A stretch of DNA of 64,000 nucleotides, taken from NCBI GenBank assembly GCA_051362555.1, contig CM120648.1:12272587-12336586 (forward strand), given 5' to 3'. The notes under the pieces are model-generated. The model did no database searches. It had not been told where the DNA came from and saw only the letters and a program-made list of their open reading frames with translations. This stretch comes from Lingula anatina. Lineage: Eukaryota; Animalia; Brachiopoda. Each line of letters starts with the position of its first letter. Positions within the stretch are counted from its first letter, which is position 1. A program made the position numbers and the translations under genes. Below, piece after piece: positions 27,774-39,953 of the stretch.

Positions 27774-30700
27774 AATAGAATAGTTCTGTATAATGTTATT
27801 TTGGGTTGCAGTTAAAATGTGATACATTTTTATTATCAAATGTTATGCAATTTCAAACAGAAAATGTTGGTTAAACATTGCCATAAACATCACACGGCCA
27901 GTTGATTAGACAAAATATCTCCCTTTTCGTTTCTTATCTTGAGATAACCTACATCTGTCATCACCATGTCTCGATGAGACAGAAAATTGCAGCCATCTTG
28001 GATATTATTAAACATAATCTGACCCCCCCTTCCCCATTTTGGTTTTAATTCACGTCTAAGGGTTTAATAAATTTTAAAAATTTTGGAAAATCCACATCTG
28101 CAGCCATGATTTACCATGAGTGAATTAATAACAGAGCAAACATTTTGTTTATCCTTCAATATCAGTCTGGTCTGCTCCAGTTTTAACATACCCCACTTTA
28201 TCAAGATCAAGGTTAAAAAACACCTATATAACAGGATGTTATGACTATAGGCCCTTATCAAAACCAGTGAAAAACACAAACAGTTTCTGTGGAGAACTTA
28301 GGAGCAGTAGAACTTCCAGAGTCCTGTCGGCATCTCTTGGGGCACCTCATCACCTGAGAGCTTCCACCTAAATTTCTTGGCATTTTTTAATCTATTTTCC
28401 AGCAGCTAGCCTATGATAGCAAAACATTCAGTTAGAGTCCAGAAATAATCTTTGAGGTCATCTCCATACAGCCACTTTGACCAAAGGGTTGACCAATGAT
28501 TCCCCCCCCCCCCCCTCAAATTTCCTCTGAGTATACTCCCACACAGAAAGCAGTTCCATCTGTAATAACTGGAATACACACTAAAAACAACTCTTCATTT
28601 CCTTTTGTATTCCTTCCTTTGACATAATCAACAAATTACATGATCCAAGTTGTAAATCATCAGATTCCTCCTTTTTTTTAGTCGGCTAATGACACACTTG
28701 GCACCTATTTTACCTCTCTTCTTCCTTTTCCTTGGCAAACTTCAGCTGACACAAGCTGATATAGACATCTTGACATAACGAGTCCATAGACACATTTTTT
28801 GGGTATACTTCACATATTAGTAAAACCAAAATACTCCCCACTCAGCCATGAGTCTTTAAGTATCTGTAATCACATATGGTTTCAGTAAACAGACCTGTTG
28901 ACCCATTTTCTCTGGGAGAAAAAAACACTTATTTTCTACAGCATAAAGAACCTCTTTTTTCCTTTCACTTCAGGTTCAAAACAATCCTCCTGAGTTCAAG
29001 CCCTAGTATAAAGCCTGCTACAAAGCCTTTCAATACCTTTCTTCTTACATTCCTTGCAAGGTATTTCCATCAGTTACCTGTGGTTTTCCGCTACCTCTCC
29101 CTTCTCATCTTCTCCATCTCTTCAAGGGCTTTGAATCACCAAGAACCACAAGGAGAAAAACTTAACATGGAAAAAGAAAAAAAATAAAACACGCTGGAAT
29201 AAACCTTCTAAGCCTGTCCTCACGTACCCTTGCTTTTGCTTTTCCTCTTGCCACGATTCATTTCCGTAACTTAATCCTCCTTCACTGGAGTCCAGCACAA
29301 ACACAGTAGCTGCAATGTAGATGTTGTTAACACACTGCCAGACAGCTCCCAAACTCGATACCACACAGACATGGGCTGTGGAACCATGTCATGGGAAAAT
29401 CACACTGGTTGTGGTGGTCTTGGTGGTGGCCGTCCCCCTCAGTCCCTGGGCTGGGGCAATACGTCCTGCCCAGAATTAGTACATACCTCCACCTCTTCTA
29501 TACACAAGACTCCCTGGTTACATTAAGTATAGGTGCAGAGAAAGAGAACCAGAGAGGCTACAGTAGGTGTAGGCTGCCGAGTTGCTGCACTGCTATCTCC
29601 AAACCCAGCATATTTTTAGCCTGACACTCTCTGATCTCTATTTAGGGCAAGAGAGAGCTCTCTACAGCCATAGAGCTGTGTTACACAATCCACATCACAG
29701 GGCACCACTGCCAGCAGTTCAGACAGACAACATGGTAGATCTGGATGGATGTGTTAGTCATCCATGGCCCGGGGCCCTGTGATAATGCACTTGGCCCCAG
29801 TTTACAGTCGCAGGTGGGGACGGCATGTGTTGAAAATGGCTAATTAATCAGCAGGCGCATCCATCCTCTCACCCTAACATAACAACACCTCAAATGTCAT
29901 CTTGCTTGGATTATACAGTCAGAATCATGTCTGGATCAGTCACGGAAAATATTTAACATCTCATTTTATTTCCCATACAACACGACTTCACAAAATGGTT
30001 CTCCTCACTCACTCTTTCTTCCAAATGTTTTCTTCTCTAGTGAATAGAATATTGTTAGAGATAGAGAAAGAGGAAAAAGGCGTGAGATTTTCACCTGTTC
30101 CACTTTTCATATATGGAAGCATACCTACTTCCAGGCAATGCTCCTACAATATCAGTTGGGGGCACCCGAGGGGGGAAATTGAATTATCTAATGACCAGCT
30201 TCCTATGTGAACAGGTGCTGTGGAAGTGCCCTTCCTCCCCTGGGGCACCTCGGCAGAACCACCGCCAGAGAGAAAAATACCTGGGGAACAGTTTTAATTA
30301 CACCTGTAGGAGAGTTTAAATTTACCAGTAGCCTCTCCCCCCAAACAATTTGTGTCCACACTCTCTCACCTGCCTTGTCTATGAAGGATAGAACATATGA
30401 GAATTGTATCAGCTGACTCAGTTCAACATGATGGACATGGAAACCATTATAATTTATTCTGGTTACTAACTCGGTTACACTGTACATCTCAATCATTCTT
30501 CCGCTTAACCTAGTAATCGTCAGTCAAATACAGTTAATACCCTACTTTTCTCTGTGACACAGATTACGCTCTATCTTGTCATTATTACACTACATGCTTC
30601 AATCCCTGTAACTCAGTAACACTGCATGTCCTTGTCTACTTAAATCTCATAAATGCCTAATTTCCTTCCACACAGAGATAAAGCACATTACAGTTTATCC

Positions 30701-33700
30701 TGGTTGTATTACATGACATGCTTCACTCTCTGTTAACAGCCTGTAATCGCTTGTGAAAAGCAATATGCTTCATAAATATCCCATCACGAAGGTTGATCCT
30801 GCTTAATGGAGATGTTATCACGAGTTTGTCAGTCTGGATATAGATTCTATTATACTGGCTATACTCTCCATTCTGTATACTAAATGACATGTTATAAAAC
30901 AATTGCTGCCTTGTTCAATGACCGTCAAGTAAAGCAGATTATATTAACCTCTTAATTCCGTATGAACAGCACAGACTACTACCATTCTAAGGTCAGCAGT
31001 TGAAAAGGAAATTTCAGAAATTATTCAGTTTATTTTCTAGCCCTTAAAGAATAGCCCAATGATCCAATATGACAAAATTCCTCGGAATTCCACACCATTA
31101 TTTAAGAAATATTCCTCTCAAGGTCAATATTCTACGAAAGGACAATATCAAACAGAAAGTCAAGATCTCACATTAGGTCAACGGACACATGGGTGCATTA
31201 CACACCTCACTAAAAGCCATATGGTAATATCCAAAACTTATCACCTGGGGAATCTACTAAAACAGAACCAAAAGGTCAACATATGGGATAAGGTCAACAT
31301 GTGTCAAGGTCAACATGCCAAACACCGTGACCTACTTGAGTTGTGAGAGAGCTGCTCTGCTCCTACTGACCTGCTCCTACTCCAGTACTCCATGTGGCAG
31401 GCATAGCAGCTGGGCCACGCTGTAAGGAGATCACTGTTAGTCAACACTGCACTGTAGGTCAACACCACACTGTAGGTCAACAACACACTATACTAGGCCA
31501 ATGTCACCTTGTAAGTCTTGGTAATACTGAGAGGATTGTGTCTGAGCTCCTACTCAACTAGAGGATCAGAGAGGCGATACCGCCTCCGAATATTGTACCA
31601 CCAGCTGGAGCAAGCGCATTCGTATAAACCCCCACATACACAAAATAAGGGACATAGCCACCAGTCTTGTGCTTGACAAGCTGTAAAAATGCAATCAACA
31701 AGAATTTTCAAAATATGCAAAAAACATATATGACTAAAAATGGTACAATCAAAGTTAAGTTCATCGTAAGGTAGGTCAAAGGTCAATTTCAAGGTCACAG
31801 TAAATTGCCAGTATATGAATTCTTATTCAACTTCAATAGTAACTATGGATCTATCTCTGCCAGATTTGGAGATAAAAGGGAACCAAAATTTGCAAAGTTC
31901 ACTTCATGGTGAAAAGTAGGTCAAAGGTCAATTTCAAGGTCACATTTAGATTGCCAATATATGACTTCCTATTCAAGTTCAATAGTAACTATGGACCTAT
32001 CTCTGCCAGTTTTGGAGATAAAAGGGAAGCAAAATTTGCAAAGTTCAGTTCATGGTGAAAAGTAGGTCAAAGGTCAATTTCAAGGTCACAGTAAGATTGC
32101 CAGTATATGACTTCCTATTCAACTTCAATAGTAACTATGGACCTATCTCTGCCAGTTTTGGAGATATAAGGGACTAAATGTTATAATTTTGGAGTTACCA
32201 TAATGTGCCATAAATTTCCTACAGAAGAAATTAATTAAAATAAAGAAAAGGTCATTTTGGTCAAAATTCTTGAAATGGGGGTGCTCTGAAGTTCCAGATG
32301 TTCAAATTTGATGAAATAATGTCATTTTTGACCACAAGTTGTCTGCTTTGCCAAGCCTTATGTTTTATTTTTCCGGAGTTCAAAATTTATTATCCATTAC
32401 CGTACTGCACATTTTGCTTTCACCACCAATATGTACTTTTTGATACAGCGTAACTTTGGAGATAAAAGGGAAGCAAAATTTGCAAAGTTCAGTTCATGGT
32501 GAAAAGTAGGTCAAAGGTCAATTTCAAGGTCACATTTAGATTGCCAATATATGACTTCCTATTCAAGTTCAATAGTAACTATGGACCTATCTCTGCCAGT
32601 TTTGGAGATAAAAGGGAACCAAAATTTGCAAAGTTCACTTCATGGTGAAAAGTAGGTCAAAGGTCAATTTCAAGGTCACATTTAGATTGCCAGTATATGA
32701 CTTCCTATTCATGTTCAATAGCAACTATGGACCTATCTCTGCCAGTTTTGTTGATAAAAGGGAACCAAAATTTGCAAAGTTCACTTCATGGTGAAAAGTA
32801 GGTCAAAGGTCAATTTCAAGGTCACATTTAGATTGCCAGTATATGACTTCCTATTCATGTTCAATAGCAACTATGGACCTATCTCTGCCAGATTTGTTGA
32901 TAAAAGGGAAGCAAAATTTGCATAGTTCAGTTCATGGTGAAAAGTAGGTCAAAGGTCAATTTCAGGGTCACATTTAGATTGCCAGTATATGACTTCCTAT
33001 TCAACTTCAATAGTAACTATGGACCTATCTCTGCCAGTTTTGGAGATAAAAGGGAAGCAAAATTTGCAAAGTTCACTTCATGGTGAAAAGTAGGTCAAAG
33101 GTCAATTTCAAGGTCACATTTAGATTGCCAGTATATGACTTCCTATTCAACTTCAATAGTAACTATGGACCTATCTCTGCCAGTTTTGGAGATAAAAGGG
33201 AACCAAAATTTGCAAAGTTCACTTCATGGTGAAAAGTAGGTCAAAGGTCAATTTCAAGGTCACATTTAGATTGCCAGTATATGACTTCCTATTCAAGTTC
33301 AATAGTAACTATGGACCTATCTCTGCCAGTTTTGGAGATAAAAGGAAACCAAAATTTGCAAAGTTCAGTTCATGGTGAAAAGTAGGTCAAAGGTCAATTT
33401 TGAGGTCACATTTAGATTGCCAGTATATGACTTCCTATTCAACTTCAATAGTAAATATGGACCTATCTCTGCCAGTTTTGGAGATAAAGGGGAAGCAAAA
33501 TTTGCAAAGTTCAGTTCATGGTGAAAAGTAGGTCAAAGGTCAATTTTAAGGTCACATTTAGATTGCCAGTATATGACTTCCTAATCAACTTCAATAGTAA
33601 CTATGGACCTATCTCTGCCAGTTTTGGAGATATAAGGGACTAAATGTTATAATTTTGGAGTTACCATAATGTGCCATAAATTTCGTACAGAAAAAATTAA

Positions 33701-36700
33701 TTAAAATAAAGAAAAGGTCATTTTGGTCAAAATTCTTGAAATGGGAGGTGCTCTGAAGTTCCAGATGTTCAAATTTTATGAAATAATGTCATTTTTGACC
33801 ACAAGTTGTCTGCTTTGCCAAGCCTTATGTTTTATTTTTCCGGAGTTCAAAATTTATTATCCATTACCGTACTGCACATTTTGCTTTCACCACCAATATG
33901 TACTTTTTGATACAGTGTAACTCGAAAACCGTATGGAATACAAAAAAACCGAGACCACCTCCAGTGTTGGGCTTTACATGCTCTACAAAATGCAAAAAAG
34001 AATGGGTCTCTAGCAATAACGGTTCCCGAATTAGAGACAGTTTTCAGTTTCGGTATCTTATGGCCGCTACTCCCGTGAAAATGCACCGATTGACCCCAAA
34101 TTCACGGAGATGAAAGATGACCTGAAGGGTAACACTTTCCAATAATGTTATTGGTTAAGTCTGTGTGGTGTCTGAATAACAGGGCAAATAATTATTTTTT
34201 CGTAAAAAAATTCATTTTTTTGAAAATTTTGGCCCGTTTGACCTTGAAATAAAGGTCAAAGGTCAAATCCAAGGGCATATTTGAAATCTACACATATGAC
34301 TTTTGGAAAGCCGTCTGTAGAAATTTTTCCCATAATTCCTTCCGTAGGGTAGATAATTAGCATTTAATTTTGCCATTTTTAGACAAGGGTGCATTGTAAT
34401 GAGTGCCACACCTAGACCCCAAAACTGACAAAGCCCAAATTTTACGTGGAACAAGTTGAGATTATAGGTGACCTAAATCCAAGAGATGGGTACAGGGGCC
34501 CTTACCGTCTAGGAGGAGAAGCGGTAACGGTAGCCATCCGGCGGAGCCGGCGGAGCCGGCGGAGCCGCAGGAGCCGGCGGAGCCGGCGGAACGATCCGGA
34601 CGGGACTAAAACCATGTGTACCGCCAGCGCTAACGCTGGTGGTACAATAAACTAAGAGGTTTGCAGCAGCCACATGTGCAGTGTCCTTTCCTCCAAGCTG
34701 CAGTGGCAAATAAACTGCTGTCACTAAGGCTCCTGTATCTGCAGCTTTCCAGTCACCTTGGAGTAGTACTCTCAAAACTGAGGGTGTAATATGTGTCCAT
34801 ATGGCAAGGCAGTCACCTGTGGTCACACATGGAATCCTTCCAGCCTGTTATACAACTCAGTAGGTCAGTGTGTCACAGCAATGTCCACTATCCTCTAGTG
34901 CCTCTGTGATCTATGATACTGCGTCCTTGGAGAGAATATTAATCCTCAGAGAGAACCCTGCCCATGTGGCACTGAGAGACAGCAGGTTGGTCACACACGG
35001 GACACTGTCTCCTAAATGAAGTTCTCCCGCCACCAGTGGAAAGTCAGATTGACCGCCGGTCAGAGACAACAACAGGGTGGGGTCAGTCAAGCCACTTGAT
35101 AGTCTCAGGTCAGCAAAGCCAGGTATGTGTGGACACAGGTCAGCTGGTATGGGGGACTGGACATAACAGGTGTCTTACGGCCAGAATCAGGTGTTCCTAC
35201 ACAGAGCACACAGCTGTCCTACCATACTAACTAATACCTGGTCATCATCATCATCACTGCATACCACAGATGTAGTATATATGAATAATGTATTCCACAG
35301 AGAACAGGTGCCTCTCTTTCTTCACTGGGGCCCTGGCAGTCAGGCGACCCAGGCATGCAATCTGTCACGCATGGAAGCAATATGGAGAGAACTGGTCTTG
35401 TGAAAAAGTAGGTCATAGACTGAAATCTACGTGCACCGCTCGCTTGTAACATTTCAGCTCCAACATTTCCATATGTGCCACAGGCTGAGGTTATAAGCGA
35501 AGTAATGAGAACCTTTCTTTTTTTAATTTTTTGAACTATGGAGACTAGCTCACTTGATAAATGAACCGGCTTAAAAGAAATAGCTGAATAATGCTGACAA
35601 GGTTTTTATGTAATTTTTGGCCATAGAAAACCAGGTGTTGGTTTCATCTTTTATCATTACAACAATAAGTCTAACAGTGATAAAGGCATACTTAGGCCAA
35701 TTTTGGGACATACATTCTTTAGTAAAATGGGTCCCAGACAGGCCACTTCTTGAGCAATATATTTCTTAACTAGCTAATGCATTAGCCACATGACACACCA
35801 CGTTTTTAGAGTCCCAACAGGTTGAACAACCAAATTTATCTATTGTTGGCTCAAACAATTCCACTTATGTCCCCCGTCAGTGGTGCATAGAACCTATGGG
35901 AAATCTGAACACATCAACTAAGGCTTCGTTCACATGCAATGTCTATTTTCTAAATTGTATTTTCTATTTGCGGTATGTCTTATGATCACGGATGCAATGT
36001 CTATTTTCTAAATTCTATTTTCTATTTGCGGTATGTCTTATGATCACGGTCTGTGGCCTGTATATTCCGCGGCGTAATTACTGGCAGCGCGAGCCAGTTA
36101 CTATGTTACTATAAGTAACTGGCTCGCGCTGCCAGTAATTACGCGGCGGGATATTCAGGGCACAGACCGTGATCATAAGACATACCGCAAATAGAAAATA
36201 GAATTTAGAAAATAGACATTGCATGTGAACGAAGCCTAAGTTAATGCCTATCCATGAACATGAGTCATATCACTTTACAATTTCAACAGAAAATCAACAA
36301 CGACCATTAATAAAATATTCCAAACAAGTGCACCAACAGAACTGTCTTAAGTCTGACTCAATAGTCCAGGTGGATTGTATCAAAATCTGCTTTTCCCACT
36401 TTATATCCCTGAATTGAATTATAACTGACACATTTGGCCAGAGAATGGAAACTCACAAAAGTGAGAAAAACATTCCACCATGATACAGTGAATGTTGAGA
36501 TGGAATGGGACTAAAACCATGAGTACTTCCACACTGACTCAGAATGACAATCATTTAATGTAAAATCAACTGTTTGCCAGTAATGACCAAACAAACACTT
36601 ATCTACATGTTTCTGTACATTATTCCACAAAATTATAAAAATAAAACAAACTTTTTCAACTGTCAAGAATCCTGTTAAATATTCATACCATCATCATCAG

Positions 36701-39700
36701 TAACAATACAAATATTGAAACACCACATCTTCATCAACAGTACCAAGTAAAGATTGAAAAAGATATTAAAATTTGTTTTAAAGGTGGCAGCACATATATG
36801 GGTACCAAGAAACTCTTCCCAATCTATCTGTTCAAATAAGGAATGTGTCATTTATTTTTTTTATTGTGATTAATTTCATTTCCCAACACAGTCATGTTAG
36901 TAAAACCTTTAAAAATATTTTGGAAAACCGAGCATAATCAATTTCATTTTTTTTTCTTTCAGTAGAGGTATAAAATGATAAGACTTAAAAACCGCAAGCT
37001 GAAATATGTAAAACATGCCAGAACACAACATAATAAATGCAGATGCGCACACATTATAAAATGTACCAACCTTCATCCGGAACAACTGCTGGTACTGGAG
37101 TCTCTTGGACAGCAGTTACTGGTTCCTTGACAACAGATGCAATTTCTTCCCTTTTCACGGCTGGTGCTGCAGCAGGTGCACCTTTACTTGGGGCAGCACC
37201 ATCAACTGTGCTTTCACCACTAACCGCACTACTATCTCTAGTCCTTTCATCGCCCTCTACAGGGGCACTAGTCCTTTCTGTGCTCAATGGCACATCAACC
37301 TCTGTGGCGCTAGACACAGAGACTTCCGCCGTCTTAACCTCACTGGCTCTTTGAGCAGCAGCCACCTCCTTAGTGTCTTTGACGTCTGAGCTAGCTGCAG
37401 TGGGGACTGTGACCTGCTGTGGAGACGTTGTGGTCTCCTGAGGCACGTCCTTCTCTTGGAGTGTGTCATCTTCCTCTGGGTTTGTTCCACCTTCGCTGGT
37501 GGTGGTGGTGGTGGCCACCGTGGGCTGCTGCACTGCGTCCTCTTGTTTGGTAGGGTCCTCTGGTTCTGCCGTTGCCATGCCAACGTGGTCTGGGTGCCTG
37601 GGAACAGGGTGCTGCATGCCGGGCTTTAACGTGGCGGCCACCTGTGCCGCAAACTGGGCTGCAATCTCGTTCTGATTGAGGCCTGCTGGAGGCGGTGTAC
37701 TCTGGAAGGAATTATGGGAAAAATATTAAATAAATTCTGATGACTTTTAAATGTTTCCCCCCTGCTCCCCCCTCATTTTATTTGGATGAAAAAATCAGTC
37801 AATCAGAGATAGAACATAGTCTCCACTGAAAATTCAGAAGAACGAAAGTCTGAAATTATCTCATCATTTGACTGGTTTCCACTTCTCATGCCTACATGAT
37901 CATCTCATTTTGGAGGAAAAGTGTACACAAAAGAGACAGCCTGCATATTTTTTTCAACGTTAATTTTTCAAAGACCTTGCTATAACAGGGCATAATCTAA
38001 AACCAAGTCTCTCTGTTCAAACATAACAAGATGGGCCCATTTCCTGGGTCACTTCATAGTCCAATTTTTGGAATTGTCTTTGCTAGTGCTGCTATTTGGC
38101 ACCAAGCACAGAAACAATTAAATTTTCTTTCTGAATAGTACATGTCCAGTAAAAAGACTCATAATTCAGAAACTTCTGAACTTACTGAACTAGTTGGTGT
38201 GTCCCTGGCACTAGAGCTGTCAGACAGCGGAGGTGTGCCAGACTTCTGAGCGCCGCTGATGTGTGTGATGTCCTCCGTGATGTCCTTGCCCGTGTTCGGG
38301 TTCACGATCTGGATGATCCTCTTCTCCCGCTTCTGATACGTTTGCTGCGGAGTCATGGCGGCTGAGGGTTGAGAGGGCGGCCGCGCTGGTTGCTGTAGTG
38401 TCATCTGTTGGGGGTTGGAGGGAGGGTAATACACTGGAATAGAAGTATATACAGGGAACTGATAAGAGACCTAATTTACAGTAAAACATGCTTCATTTAG
38501 TTTTATGAAGTTAAACACATATTTTATGATTACAAAGTTTTTGCTGGTGATTCCTGTGATATTTTGGGTGACAGGCAAACAGATCAGCTGCACTCATTGT
38601 TAAAGATGGTCAAGGATCAAAGACTAACTCAGCTAGTCAACAGTGTCGACTTACTGGTAACACAACCATACAGTATCACAGTGCTAAATACACTTTAGTT
38701 CACCAGCCTTGTAGTCTCCTGGTCTTTCAATACACCACTGAGCTCATCACAAAAATTAATTTGATTAGTACATTTTATATATATTTTGATTATATTACTA
38801 ATATTATCATCATTATCATGTACTCACAAGTGGGTGTAGGTTGTCGTATCTGTGTTTTCTGGAAGAAAGGCGCTGTGGTGGTCTGGGCTGAGCTGTACTC
38901 TGATGTGGGCGTGGGCTGACTGGTTTGTCCCGTCTGATAATACGGCTGGGTTGCCACAAACTGACCCTGTTGAGACGTGGTGATGTACTGGGGCCGGATG
39001 CCTTGAGGGGCTTGATACTGAAAGTGAAAGTAGGAGTTTGTTAGACTAAAATTTCAACTGACCCTTAAGTATTAATGGTACGCGCAGCAAACTTCTACCT
39101 CAACTCAACAGTTAACTTAACTGGCCAACAATTAAAAAAAAAAAAAAAATTCAATATCTGGACTTTCAAAGCCTGTTAGATGGTTACCATGATAATGATA
39201 CATTCTCCACACTCCCTGATAACAATTCATCTGTTAACAGACACTAAGGCAAGAGGAGGATTTACACAAAAGTAACAACTGAAGTACATGTTTGAACATT
39301 TTCATTAAATGAACCCCACACAATGACAGAAATGCCCCCCCCCTCCCCTTTTTTTTTTACTTTCTTAAAAATGCCAGTGTCAAGGCACACAGATCTATAT
39401 TAGGGTTGAGGTGGCCAAAACTCAAAACTAAAATACCAAGATTTCCACATAAATCTAGCACATTTTCACAATCTTTCATCTTTTGTGGACCCTCACCTGG
39501 ATGACCATGGGCTGTGGCTGTGGGATATAGGTGCCCTGGCCGGGCTGCTGCATATACATCTGGGGCATGGTGTTGTACGGGTACTGCTGGTTAGGACTAG
39601 TGCCGTACTGCGCCTGCATCTGGCGCGTCGCCTGCCCCTGGTTGGGCATGCGCTGAGACATCGTGGGCTGCGGGCTTCGGAAAAACGGCTGTGGAGAGAA

Positions 39701-39865
39701 CGAGAAAACATGGAAGTGTGAGTGAAGTGGTATGATTTTGTACATTTCGATCTCTCTCTCTCAAGTTCACAAGGCTAACATTAATAACAAACAGACATAA
39801 TACAGTTGTATGCAGAGAGCAAAAATATAATCACCCCACATTATACTTTTGAAAATTTATCAGCA

Positions 39866-39953
<88 letters not shown>

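Noticed and set aside
34446-34826. ORFs with RRSRRS and PPAPPA repeats
   Set aside because: These are translations of the (CGGAGCCGG)n microsatellite at the HINE 3' end.
35187-35257. TGATGA...CTGA pair resembling a C/D snoRNA
   Set aside because: The box C lies in a (TGA)n microsatellite, there is no convincing terminal stem and no guide complementarity was recognised.
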